The position numbers and the translations under genes were made by a program. Below, piece by piece: positions 39,001 through 52,655 of a stretch of 64,000 bases of DNA. The notes beneath the pieces were generated by a model. The model was not told where the DNA came from, did not search any database, and saw only the letters and a program-made list of their open reading frames with translations. Numbering within the stretch: the stretch's first letter is position 1; every line of letters begins with the position of its first letter. Source of the DNA: Eledone cirrhosa (taxonomy: Eukaryota); contig OZ024743.1 in NCBI GenBank assembly GCA_964016885.1, positions 189,472,001 to 189,536,000 on the forward strand. The letters run 5' to 3'.

Positions 39001-39615
39001 CATCATCATTATCATTATCATCATCGTTTAACGTCCGTCTTCCTTGCTAGCATGGGTTGGACGATTTTGTCCCACTTGAAGCAAGATTGGTTGGGAAACC
39101 ATGCTTCGCTCATACAGAACTGTTTCTGGCAGGTTTTCTATGGCTGGATGCGCTTCCTAACACCAACCAGATTTACAGTGTAGACTGGAAGCCTTTTTAC
39201 CATGTCTCCTACATGACCACTTTACAGTGTACACTGGGTGCCTTTCGTTGTGTCACCTACACAACCACGTTACAGTGGACAGAAGTGGGAGGAAGGAGTA
39301 GGGGTGTGAGGTGGGGTGTATATTGTGTTAAAGGTGCCTACGGACTATAGGTTTAAGCTTGTATGCAAGGGAAATCGGGTCTTCTGTATAACTGCATAGT
39401 GCCAAAGATTTCAATTCACTGACATTGTCTTAGAGAGGTGTAAGTGAGCAAGGCCAGTTTTTATCACCTCGTCCCACATTTTCTCTGTCTACCCACTCCG
39501 TAGCTTCCATCAATTTTTATCACTGCACTTTTTTATACAGCTGTTGTCCTTCATATGCATCACATGTCCTTACCAATACAATCTCCTCTTCTGCACACAA
39601 CATTTGATACCTCTA
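39001..39615 (-). mobile_element. RTE LINE 3' fragment
   Basis: Homologous to 12857-13500 and 60782-61350. Confidence 0.85.
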
Positions 39616-40186
39616 TGTGTGTGAAATTTGGTAAATAAGAAACAAATCATGTTGAAGCTTACTATTCCTGTTCTTGAAGACAAACTTTATTTGTCTCCTT
39701 GTTAAATACTGCAATCTAGCATTTGGTTGCCTTTATTAATGAATTTCCTGTATTTATTGTAGGTATTTGAGGAAAAACTTTGGTTTGGGGATAGCTGTTC
39801 TTTCTCCCAGCAATTTTGGAGGTCTGTAAACGGTCATGAGTGCTTCCCTTCCTCTTTTGACTGAGTGGATTTTTTAATCACACACATGTATACATTATGT
39901 AGGAGCAGTATCTAAATATCGAAGGTGCTAAACTTTTGGTCAAAGGTTTTAGCCTATACAGTGTATTAAATGTATCACCATACATTTAAGTACAGATAGA
40001 GAATGCAGACAACAGTAATGCGCTAGCTGTAATATACCTATTCAAATCACTAGACATTTACTTCAATGGAATAGTTACTGGTATTGAAAAAATATATAAT
40101 ATGGCGAAAAACAAGAAGAAAAGTACTTTTGTTGCTAGTAATATAATAAGGTATTTAACTTTTATATGGAGAGTAAAACCTTTTGC

Positions 40187-40253
<67 letters not shown>

Positions 40254-40260
40254 TATATAT

Positions 40261-40606
40261 GGAGGCACATGGCTTAGTGGTTAGAGCATTGGCCTTGCAA
40301 TCAAAAGGTTGTGAGTTCAATTCTCAAACCGGGTGATGTGTTGTTTCCTTGAGCAAGACACTTTATTTCACATTGCTCCAGTTTACTCAGCTGTAGAAAT
40401 GAGATGATAGGGACTGAGGTCCCTATCATTCCACTGCAAAGTGGTCGTGGAGGTGCCACGGCAAAAAAGCACCCAGCACTCACTGAAAATGAGGTTGGTG
40501 TTAGGAAGGGCATCCAGCTGTAGAAATCAAGCCAGAATCAGTTCCCGTCCAACCCTTGCAAGCAGGGAAAAAGCGGACGTAAAATGAAATGATGATGATG
40601 ATGATG
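40261..40606 (+). mobile_element. SINE family B, full length
   Basis: A box tggcttagtgg, B box gagttcaattc, core tccttgagcaagacacttta, RTE-like 3' part ttaggaagggcatccagctgtagaaa, (TGA)n tail. Confidence 0.9.
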
Positions 40607-40611
40607 ATATA

Positions 40612-40664
<53 letters not shown>

Positions 40665-40675
40665 GTATATATATG

Positions 40676-40765
<90 letters not shown>

Positions 40766-40795
40766 TGTATATATATACATATATGTATATATATG

Positions 40796-40853
<58 letters not shown>

Positions 40854-41240
40854 AAATTAAGATAAATTAAATGAATTTAAATTAAATCGAAATTGTGGGA
40901 GTCATGTCATAACGGCATGCGCCATATCGCCTGGAAAATGAGCTCAAAGATAAATCCGAGCATTTTATAATAACTAGAAATTGATTAACATATAAATATA
41001 CATGAATAACCACAGGAGATAATTTTTACACGTGTGTAACCACGCATAGCTAGTTTGGGTAATAATTAAATTTATACCTTTAAGTATGATTAACCTTCCT
41101 TGTATATATCCCATTAAAGAAATATATTTCACCAATTAATCAGATGGTAAGTCATGGAAAGTGGATATTATTGGATTGTCAACAAGGAAGAATAATATAT
41201 ATAATGTATATATATATATATGTATATATATATATGTATG

Positions 41241-41275
<35 letters not shown>

Positions 41276-41614
41276 GTGTATATATATGTGTATATATATG
41301 TGTATATATATATGTGTATATATATATATATGTGTATATATATATATGTATATATATATATGTATATATATATGTATATATATATATGTATATATATATA
41401 TGTATATATATATATGTATATATATATATGTATATATGTATATACATATATATGTATATACATATATATGTATATAGATTTTGAGTATATGTTGGTTGTA
41501 AGATTCCAGTTCCTCAGTGAAATAACAACCCAACCAGAAACTGGGCATATCAGAGTATTGACAATATTATACACCTCAACAACATATGTACTTGTCTATA
41601 CCACACTAATTCGG

Positions 41615-41669
41615 ACTGCCTGAAGAGGTCACAGCCAAAGATGGCTGTCACTGAAATATATATAGCAGT
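41615..41669 (+). ncRNA. Intact minimal type I hammerhead ribozyme
   Basis: actgc-CTGAAGA-ggtcacagcca/aaga/tggctgtcact-GAAAT-atat-ATA-gcagt, then AATAAA at 41670; lies in a ~230-nt block between TA tracts. Confidence 0.85.
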
Positions 41670-41721
41670 AATAAATGAAGCTAAATTTAAAACATTTGAC
41701 TTTTTATTTAACTTAATTTTA

Positions 41722-41774
<53 letters not shown>

Positions 41775-41797
41775 GTATATATATATGTATATATATG

Positions 41798-41830
<33 letters not shown>

Positions 41831-41832
<2 letters not shown>

Positions 41833-41910
41833 GGTTCTTATATATTTGATATATATTTATCCTTATCGAGCCCTCTTTGGATTTTAGTCTTCAAATTTAT
41901 TATTATTACT
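41831..41910 (+). repeat. Tail fragment of family P1
   Basis: acggttcttatatatttgatatatatttatccttatcgagccctctttgg.., matches 24240-24277 and the reverse complement of 57295-57372. Confidence 0.8.
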
Positions 41911-41911
41911 A

Positions 41912-42280
41912 TTCATTTCATTTCATTTTACATCCACTTTTCCCTGCTTACAAGGGAAGGACGGGAACTGATTCTGGCTTGATTTCTACAGCTGGATGCC
42001 CTTTCTAACACCAACCTCATTTACAGTGAGTGCTGGGTGCCTACACATCCACTTTACAGTGTCGGATGGGTGCTTTTTTGCCATGGCACCTCCAAGACCA
42101 CTTTGCAGTGGAATGATAGGGACCTCAGTCCTATCATCTCATTTCTACAGCTGAGTAAACTGGAGCAATGTGAAATAAAGTGTCTTGCTCAAGGAAACAA
42201 CACATCAGCCGGTCTGAGAATTGAACTCACAACCTTTCGATTGCAAGGCCAATGCTCTAACCATTAAACCATGTGCCTCC
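41912..42280 (-). mobile_element. SINE family B
   Basis: Homologous to the other B copies; carries an extra internal repeat unit. Confidence 0.9.
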
Positions 42281-42281
42281 A

Positions 42282-42344
<63 letters not shown>

Positions 42345-42417
42345 ATATATATATCTGTGTATATATATATGTATATATATATATGTATATATATATGTAT
42401 ATATGTGTGTGTGTGCG

Positions 42418-42496
<79 letters not shown>

Positions 42497-43992
42497 GTGT
42501 GTGTGTGTGTGTGGTATCCATTCTATATGATTCATAATGAAAGAACAAAGCACTATAATTGATTCACTAACATTAGAATTTGTTTCTTAGCTTCGACCTC
42601 TTTTCTTCTAAAAGGTCAGTTCAAATGTTAAAGGTTTGTTATGTTTCATAAGTATATGACTTGGTTTCTTGTCATTAACAATTTATATATTTTATCTTTA
42701 TAATTTGATAGAACTAATAATCAACTGCAACGATTGTGCATAGAAAGACAACTGAAAGCTAGTCTTCCCAAATATGTTGCCAAGCATAAACAAAATTATG
42801 TTAATTCTAAAGCAATGAATCAGAGGAATGAAAATAGCAACCATATTTCCTTGGTTAATAGGTGAAATTATTTTATCTGCTAGGAGTGAATTAAATCTTT
42901 AAATAAATTTTCATTTCATGAAAATGTAATCCAGCATGTCAATTGATTTTTCAATAAACTAATTCCTTAAATTTTTGCATAAGCATGCGTATGCAAGGGT
43001 TTTAAAGAAATTTAATAAAAATATTATTAAAATAAATCATATTAAATTCACACCTAGTTTTGTAATTGATTGCTCTAAAGCAGTTAATTCTTCATTCTGG
43101 CATATGATATTGCCAAAATTCATTATTGAATTTATTTGATGAGTTAATTATAGCAACAAGTATTTAATTCAAACAATGTTCTGTGAATATGTTTCTGTGA
43201 GTTTGCATAAAGTATTGTACAAATTAGGTAACATGCAGGAACCACAAGTAAAAAATCAACATTGTAATCTGAAAATAACATTTGTTTTGTTTACATTAAA
43301 AAAATTTCCTCCACAATTACATGACTAAAACAATGTTATATTTATCAGTGACACATAGGTATCTAAAACTCATGAATGTATTGGATCTTCTATGAGGGAG
43401 CCATTACATTTTTACTTCATCTGCTAGAAAAAGCAGTTAAATTATTCTCAAATCTCATTTTAATATCTTGAAAATGGGATAATATAGTCTGTAAAATAAT
43501 AGGACAAGATGATCATGGCTGCAATCTCTTTGATCATATGTCTGGTTCATCAGGATATAATATTTTTGGAAATTAAAGCAAATATATGTTATGCAGACGT
43601 GATTGATCATGTAATATTTATAGGGAAAACAAGAAATACATTAGAAAACGATACAGCTCTTTTATCTTTATGTGCATCTAAAATACTTAATCCTGCTTTA
43701 AATTTTAACAACCTGTAATGATTTAGAAGAAAATGTCAAAAAGCAGTTTTATGGACAGATCATTGTAAATATTTGCATAAACAATCAACTTTACATTTAA
43801 ATGTGAAGTTGTCTTAGTGCTGTTTTGCACTTTTCAAGAATGTCTAACCAATGCAGTTTCATGTGGTAGAGAATGTTAAGAGTTAAATTTTGTTAATAAG
43901 AGCTTTTTAAGTCTCCTCAGTCATATATACTCTCATTTAGACAGAAACTATATAAATATTTTGACACCTTCAAGTGAAATATATATATATAT

Positions 43993-44290
43993 ATATACAA
44001 TATATTAACAAATGGAAACTATATTTATAAAACCATATTTATTTCATTATACATATTTCAAGGGCCACCAAGGCAAACTATAATGCACTTTCATCAGATA
44101 AAATATAATATAGGTTAGTTTTATAAATAAATATTGACATACCCTGGTGGCCCTTGAAATATGTATAATGTATAATGAAATAAATATGGTTTTATAAATA
44201 TAGTTTCCATTTGTTAATATATTGTATATTTACTCCAATAATTTGTTGAGTGCTTTATAGCAGTTATAAAAATATTTTGCTTGTTGTATC
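43993..44290. mobile_element. Fold-back HHR element (~80-bp arms) in (TA)n
   Basis: 43993-44071 is complementary to 44142-44229; the right arm extends further. Confidence 0.75.
44040..44105 (-). ncRNA. Intact minimal type I hammerhead ribozyme
   Basis: tattttat-CTGATGA-aagtgcatta..tggtggccctt-GAAAT-atgt-ATA-atgaaata; 8-bp stem I (one G-U); AATAAA overlaps its end. Confidence 0.8.
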
Positions 44291-44339
44291 CCAACAAATT
44301 AAATATAACCGCTACATATATATATATATATATGTGTGT

Positions 44340-44520
44340 GTGTTGAGAAGCCAGAGGGGATCACTAATGTAGGCTGGAAGCCGCTAGAATTGGTTGAGGA
44401 CTTCCTGCATTTGGGAGCAAAGATTGGGAATACAGAAGATGATGTGGTTGAGAGGAAGAGCAAAGCCTGGGTGGCGTGCCACAGCTTGAGATCGGTGTGG
44501 AAGTCGAACCTTCGTAAAGA
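44340..44520 (+). mobile_element. RTE-X-like RT fragment
   Basis: PLELVEDFLHLGAKIGNTEDDV..RKSKAWVACHSLRSVWKSNL. Confidence 0.7.
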
Positions 44521-45600
44521 CCTTCTATTCTTAAGTTGATTCATTGTGGATGTTGGGTATCCATTCATCTTCAATACATCTATGAAGTGTACAATGTGAG
44601 TGATCTGGTCCTCTGTCTTGCTACATTTATTCCAGATACACATATGTTCATTCCTTATGTATTCGGTTTTAGCACCAAGGGGAAGGGCTGATTCTATAAT
44701 GCACAAACAGGTCTCTGCTGGCATTCTAAACAACATGCAAGAGAAGGACCTCGTATACTTCCCTTCTGACAAATGGAAAGAATTCTGGATCATCTCGAGG
44801 GACACATGCAACAGCTTGGCATATGAGTACTTTAATAATGGTGAACTATATACAGAAGTGTCAGACATTGCTGCATCCCAGATTGAAGATCACATCAACA
44901 GCACCTGGACAGATATATGCAGACATAGACAACTCCCCAACAAATATAAAAACAACCTCACCACCAGAAACAGCAGAATATCAAAGTTCTACCACCTCAT
45001 TAAAACCCACAAAACCAGTGTTAATCTACAGATTAGACCAATTGTCTTGAGTATAGAAGGACCCCCTCTATAATCTCCTGGTTCCTCTCTTTGATACTCA
45101 AGCCTACACTTGCTACTTTTCCTGGACATGTCAGCAGCTCCGATGAAGTCATACAAAGACTACATCAACTGCAACCAACTTAAACTCAACAGGTATATCT
45201 TTAACGTCGACGTTATCTCCCCCTACATGACAGTACGCGCTCATCCAGTTGTCAATCTAGTGACTGAGTGCATCATTTCATACAACATATACTGCTTCGA
45301 CCTCACTCCACATGACATACATCAGTTTCTATCCATCATCGTAGAAAATACATATTTCACTTTGTACCCCCACACATACAAACAAACAACAGGCCTACCC
45401 ATGGAGTCCAGTCTTTCAGGCCTTCCAGCCATACCTATTTGAACCAACTAGAACGTCTATCACTCAACACCTGCCACTCCTGCGTTTTCTTCACCTGATA
45501 CACAGATGATATATCCATCCTCACATCATCCCGTGAAGAGGCTGACATAATATCTACGGCATTTTCAAACACAGATAACCACATACGATTTAGCACCTCA
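44510..45600 (+). mobile_element. Penelope-like RT fragment (plus, ~44700-45600) preceded by an inverted thumb fragment (minus, ~44510-44700)
   Basis: PSDK, KFYHLIKTHK..IRPIVLS, NVDVISPY, GLPMESSLS, YTDDI on plus; SALPLGAKTEYIRNE..CS..LKMNGYP on minus. Confidence 0.8.
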
Positions 45601-47964
45601 ACTTGATCCTTATCACCAAATAGTTATGCAGCTTACAGGAACATTGTATTCTATTCTATTTCATATTTTCTATCACCAAGTTGATACATGGCTTCTATTT
45701 TATGTATTGCTATATATTCTATTTCATGTCTTCTGTTTTATAAGTTCAACTAAGATGCTAATCAGTCGCATCACTCTTTTATCCCACCATATTATCCTCA
45801 TAGACCAATGAAACCATGGCAATACAAATCTATTTTCACTCACTGTCTGTAGCAATCACTACTATTGCTGCTCCTACTGCTACTATCTTTCCTACACTCC
45901 TTGGAAATTTTTAGTTTATTAGAGATAGTGCAATGATAGAGCAACCCTAAATATGAATATGAATCCATGCATTCCCAGGTGACGATGTGAACTGTCTTCA
46001 TTTCCAATACTAAAAACAAACCTCCACCCCTGCAAATATCCACCCTCATCTCCTTTCTCTGCCTCCTTATTGCTCATACTACAATAAAATGCACTCAGTA
46101 AAGAGCAGGAATGTATGTAAATGAGACCTATATGAGAGATCAGTAGCTTCACTTGATCACTGACTCAGTCTGTGAAGACTCATCTAAATCATGCTAACAG
46201 GGAAGATAAATGTTTTAATGATGATAAATATGTGAGTGTTGCCATTATTTTATGTCCTACATAAGATAATACAACCTGCACTTTGCAATTCAATGAAGGT
46301 CATCAGCATATGCCATACACAAAAATAAATAATGCATAGGTGTAAAGAAGAGCATTCTGTGATTTAGAAACTATTGAATGATTATCTATGTGGTTGCTCC
46401 ATTTGCTAAAAATAACTGCCAAGTCTCCTTTAAAAATTCCACTGTCCTTTTTTTTCCAGAGAATAGGCATTTCATACAGTATATTATAACTGAAAAGACA
46501 TCATGGGTATTAGTGGAATGTCTTTGAACATTGATTTGTATGAACAGGTGTCACTTGATACTAAACAACATGATTTATATTTTATCTGTTTGCAGTTTTT
46601 CATTAGACATTTTGAACTTGTATGGAAAATATGTTTCAGTTTAAAACCTAATTTTAGTTAATGGCTAAATCAAATGAAACACAGTTAATAACATTTGGGA
46701 GATTACTCTCACTTTCCTTTGATTAATTGAATATATGTAAAACAAATGACAAAAGGTGATGAATTGGCAAAAGTGCTAAAATGGCAGCTGAAACACCTCT
46801 GGTATTTATTATGGCTCATTGCATTCTGAATCCAAAGCCTGCCAGGTCAATTTTGCCTTTCATTCTTCTGAGGTCCATAAATAGAATATCAGTCAAATGC
46901 AGTGGGCTGGGAGAATCATTAAAATATCGGATAGGGTGCCTTGTGTTATTCAGACAGGCTCTTTGCTTTTGAGGTTCAAATCCTTCTATGATCTGTTTGG
47001 TGATAAACTTAATTCGTTGCTGAGTATAACACCAGCACCTAGTCCTGAGTGACTTTTACAGAGACTATCCTGTTGCAAGCAATTGGGCCAGGCCACTGAG
47101 TTTGAGAATATTTTCCTTCTTTCCAGCCACCAATGTTGGCAGTATTGAGACGTCATGCAATTTTTAAAAAAAGGACAGAAAGAGTAAACAGTACATCTGT
47201 AGGCATGAGGTTAAAATGTTGGTGAGAGACTCCATGCCAATTTGAGATCTGCACAGCAAAGCAATGGAATGATTTGATTGCAAATCCCACAAGGCCAATG
47301 CTGTTGAAAATTGCAAACCATCCTTGTTTTGTCTAATAATAAAAAATAAATTGGCTTTGTCATTGAGTTAAGTGTTGTTGTTCATGTTTATTCCCATGGT
47401 GTTTCTGCTGTTATGGCTCACATTTGCATTGGTATAACCAGCTTCACATGGTTTTATCTCATAGGAGGTTTCTTTGAATAATAGATCTGCCAGGAGTAGC
47501 GGCCAGCAGATAGATTCAGCAATGGAAAAACCAATGGAAATATTGTTTCCCTGGTCTGAGCTTACAATCGGCTTTAATGATAGGAATTCTAGTCATATGT
47601 CATAGGCATTCCAGCCAACACCATTATACCATTGATATCAGATACTAGATTGTCTAAAGTATCATGCTTTCATTATAATTGTTATAGCATATTTCTTAAT
47701 ATTTTTAACTTTGTGGCACATTTGTGATCAAATGAAAACCTATTGCACTGGTTTCTCAAGTGCCTTGGTGCACTGTAGCATCAAGAACTGTTATCATTCA
47801 AAATCACTTTTGCCTCAAAACGTCTTTTTTCTTTCTCTATCACACTCTCTTACAAACTAGAACACTTCACATCTTTGTTCAACATGTGCAAACCTCTTAT
47901 TTTCTGCTTCTTTCTTAGCTAGATATATAACTGATGCATAGCTACCCTTCTAGCTAGTTCAGTA

Positions 47965-48135
47965 TCAGTAGAGGGTTGGATGCCATGCTTTGACGTATAG
48001 AGTTACGGCCCTTGCCATTCTGAGTTCAAATCCCGCCGAGGTTAACTTTACCTTTCATCCTTACGGGGTCGATAAAATAAAGTACCAGTAATGCACTGGG
48101 TAATTGCTGGTCTTGTGCCAAAAGTAGAAACAATC
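47965..48135 (+). mobile_element. SINE family A
   Basis: Near-identical to the reverse complement of 20867-21057. Confidence 0.9.
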
Positions 48136-48494
48136 ATTATCTGATTCTCCTGTTCTTCCAATCTTATCAAGCCTGTCTCTTATCTGTTATGGGTTTATCT
48201 ACATTAAGAGTCCACCATGATATAATTTTCTGTCTTATGCTAGATAGAAAATTGAACTGGTTTGGAATATGATGTATATAGATGAGGAATATTGGGTGAA
48301 AATGTGGAAGAACATTGCAGTAGAGGAAGACTGAGAAATAGCTAGGCAGATGTGGTTTGAGATGATCTTAAAATTCTGAACCTAGCAGAGGAGGACCTGA
48401 TGAAGAAATACTTTGACTGAAAATAACTTCTGTTGGAAATGACCTGCTCAGCCCATTCAAGCATAGAAAAGATGCAAAACAATGATATCTCCAT

Positions 48495-50500
48495 TCAGCA
48501 TGATGTTGGTTGCTATAATCTGATTATGACTTTTTTGAGCTGATCTCCATTCTATATACTCCAGATACTTTTTCCAGTTTGGAAGTGAGCTCTTTCACTT
48601 CTGCTTTACTGCTTCTTGAAAGGTCATTGTCATCAATAAATCGTAGGTTGGAAATGGGCCTTTCTTTAATGGAAACTGAGTTGTCGAAGTCCTGGAAAGC
48701 CTCTTGCAGGATGTTTTCCAGGATGATGTTGAAAAGCACTGGCGAAAGGAAACAAACCTGTCAAACTCCCATAGTTATTCTGAAGAATTCTCCAATGTTG
48801 TTATTCAGGAGAACTGTTCTGATTACTTAGATGAGGTTGGTGTCAAAGTTGTAATCAAACAGTCAAAAGCTATTTTAAATTTGATGAAATTATAATATAC
48901 GTAGGTCAGATTTGTGCTGGAGGAGTTTCTCAGTGAGCAGTCTGATGTTAAATATTTAAAGGGAAAGGCAGAGGAAATCCTGGCACAAGGACAGGATTTC
49001 CTCTGCCTTTCCCTTTGTTGAGGTGGCAAATTAGGCTGATTGTTCTATAGTTCTGGCAGTCTTAAATTTCATTTTGGGGGAATGGGTGTCAGCAGTGAGT
49101 GGGTCTACTCCTTTGTTTCTCAGATCTTCTGACAAGGTAACTGTCAGTGCATTGATAAATTTTGGCTCTCCATGTTTTAGGAGCTCTGATGGAATGTTAT
49201 CGACCGCAGGGGATTTACCATCTTTAAACATGTACACTGGCGCTTTGACTTCCTCCTGGAAAATTAGAGTATGCTCATTTTCATTGTTCGTATAGTTGGA
49301 AATGTCCAGGATATTGATGTTATGTCTGAGTGTTTGATTATAAAGGTCTTCGCAATACTCAGACCATCTTTTGATGACATGGGCCTCATCTGTGAGGAGC
49401 AAGCCTGTTTTGTCCTCAATGGTGATGGTGGTGTATTGTTTTCTTTTCATTAGCATTTTGAGGGTTTCATAAGCAGTCTTGCCGTTGCCCTTTTTTATTC
49501 CAGCTTCAATGTTTTTACACTGGTCTGATATACACTTCTCTTTGGCTTCCATCATTTTCTTTCTAACCTTCCTATTCACAGCATTGTACTGTTTATTTGC
49601 CTCCTGGTCTGTTTGGTTGGTCTTTCTTAAGTCACATTTTAAATTACATAGGTCCAAAATGTCATCAGTAACCCATGGTTAATTTTTCCGTCTCTTTATC
49701 CCCAGTACTTCATGAAGTGCTTCTTTGATGTTGTCAGTTAAGGAGTTAATATCTTCGTCTAGAAGGATGAGGGCTGAAAACCTGCCATCTACATTTGCCT
49801 CAAACATTGCTGCAACAATAGGATCTCTTAGTTTGTCTACACCAAATTTGATACATGTAACTCTCTTTTTATGGATCTTCTTCAATTTGAGCTTTTGTAT
49901 CTTCAGAACAAAATCATGATAACTGTTGATACCTGCACAAAAGAAGGTCCTAGTTCTAGCCTTATCGATACTGGACTTAAACCTTTGAGGGGCAAGGATG
50001 AAGTCAATTTCATTGTGAGTCCTACCATTGGCTGCATGCCAAGTTGATCTCTGTGAGATATTGTGTGAGAACAGTGTGTTAGCTAGGGTCAGCTTGTGAG
50101 TGTTAGCAAATTCTAGGAGGTGGAACCCACAATCATTTCTTTCTCCAACTCCAAATCGTCCAACTGTTCCAGCCCATTGGTCATATGACCACAGACCTAC
50201 TTTAGCATTCCCGTCTCCTTAAATGATGGGGATGTCTTTTTTAGGAGCTGTGCTGATGATTTTATCCAGATCTTTATAGAACTCTGCAACAGAATCATCA
50301 TCATAATTGAGTATTGGTGCATTCACTTGTATAATGGTAATGTTCTGTGGTCTTGTAGCCACACACATTGTGATGAGTCTGCTGGATACTGGAATACAGC
50401 TGATGACTGAGCTTATTCTAGTTTTGTCAATGATGAAACCCACACCGTGTTCGTGTTTCATGTCATCACTGCTGTACTGCAGTTTGTGGCCTTCATATGT
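48495..50500 (-). mobile_element. RTE-clade LINE ORF fragment (APE endonuclease to RT), decayed
   Basis: [69 protein letters not shown]. Confidence 0.9.
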
Positions 50501-50547
50501 AGTCCCATATATATATAGCATCATCATCATCAACATATATATATATA

Positions 50548-50587
<40 letters not shown>

Positions 50588-50634
50588 CATATATATATAT
50601 ATGCATACATACATATATATATATATATATATAA

Positions 50635-50685
<51 letters not shown>

Positions 50686-50860
50686 CATATATATTTATAT
50701 ATACATACATATATATACATATCTATATATATACATACATATATATACATATCTATATATATATACACATATATTTACATATATATATTTATATATATAT
50801 ATAACCTGTGCAAGCATGGAAAATGGACGTTAAACGGTGAGGATGATGATGATATATCTT

Positions 50861-50904
<44 letters not shown>

Positions 50905-52469
50905 TGTGTATGTGTGTGTGTGTGTGTATGCGCGCGTGTGTGTGTGTGTGTGAGTGTGTGTGTATGTGTGTGTGTGTTTGTGTGTGTAGCTTTTCTTTTT
51001 TACTTGTGAATGTTTTGGCAAAGAATTGGAGACATTAGTCTCTGCATTATCTACCACATCAGCAATAATAATTCATTATTCACTAGGGAAAAAACAAAGA
51101 TGTAATTCATTGCTAAGAAGAAATGGATAAATGGAAAGAAAGAAATATTATTCTCTGTGTCTGTCAGACTGATAAATTAAAGATTGAAGAAATATATTCT
51201 AGTAGTAATCTGCAGTGAGAGAGATAAAGAATATTAACACATTATTACTTAATGTTTTCCTTCTTCTTTTGGTAGTGAAGTGTGAATATTCCCAGGTGAA
51301 ATTTAATTCCCAAGTCTGTTCATTAATATACATTTATAATAAGTCATACTATAGCATTTTAGTATTATCTACATAACTGAAACAGTATCAAAAAGATTTG
51401 GTATGATTTGGGCTTTTTCTGAATTTTTAAGAAGTATTTTCCCTTATGAATTTAATGGTTCTATTAATTTTATGCATACGCCAAGCAAACTGATTTTACT
51501 TCTCATGAATATATTCTACAAAATATATTCACTAGACCTAAAAATCCTGTATTGTTTTATTTTCTAATGGGCCAGATGCATTTTTTTTTGGTTTTGCATT
51601 CTGTTAGCACCATTATCCTTCCCATTTTCTTCATAATAGCTTAATTAGAGAAGTAAGGGTAACATCCATAATCATCATTTTCAGTACCTCCAAGATTTCT
51701 TGTGAGAAAGGGAGGAAGCTATCCTTAGACTGGAGGTCTGGCCTGAATGCTTGCGTCAGAGTGAAGATTTAGCTAATGGCAATCACATGGTGATGTAAAA
51801 ATGGGCAAGGGATTAAGTCTACTATTCACAAATAGGGACAGTCTCTCCAATGAGGCTATATACAGCTGCCTGATTGTGATTGTGGTAATTGTGTTGAGGG
51901 TGGTGATATTATTGTTCATCTTTGGTTATCCCTGACCAAGCAAAACTATGATCAAAGGTAACCCCTATGTCATTTTTGTGTATCTATACATATATTGTCC
52001 AATGTATTCGTCCGTTTTTTAAACAATACTCCGTGATCATAGGGAGACTTAACTGATATTTCTAGTATATCAAAAGACAACATAGACACTCTTTTATTAG
52101 TTTTATCACTCAATCAAGAGAAAAGGCAGTGATACATTTCATAGCTTCCTGGTCTGCTAGGAGAGAAGGGTGAAGTTATCTTCAAACTGGGAACCTGGCC
52201 TGAATGTTTGCAACAGAATCAACTCTAGTAAAACACCCCCACACTAGTTGGTGGTGTTAAACAAGGTGACCAATTAAGTCTACCACCAAAGTAGGCCATG
52301 GATTTGAATTCAGAAAGCAAGGAGCTAGAATAAGTACAGCAAAGCATTTCATCTGATGCTCTTCCAATTTGTTTGTTGCTTAGATTGAGGTCATTCCAAA
52401 TTAAAAAGACATAAGAACAAAAGCATTCCAGTTATGGCCATCCCTTTATCATTTTCACATTATGCATTG

Positions 52470-52655
52470 AATTGGCAGTATCGTTAGATGGTTGGATGCC
52501 ATGCTTTATGGCATAGAATTACATCCCTTTATGGTCTGAGTTCAAATCCTGCCAAGGTTAATTTTGCCTTTCGTTCTTACAGGGTGAATAAAATAAAGAA
52601 CCAGTAATGCACTTGGATAATTGTTGGCCTTGTGCCAAAAGTAGAAACAATTATT
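52470..52655 (+). mobile_element. SINE family A
   Basis: gagttcaaatcctgccaaggttaattttgcctttc..ggccttgtgccaaaagtagaaac. Confidence 0.8.

Noticed and set aside
40261-40333. tRNA gene
   Set aside because: tRNA-like head of SINE B, continuous with core and tail in four copies
40527-42562. Numerous YI/IY/HT/CV-repeat ORFs (also at 7515, 14541, 18130-18896, 50493-51057, 60211)
   Set aside because: Translations of (TA)n/(CA)n microsatellites
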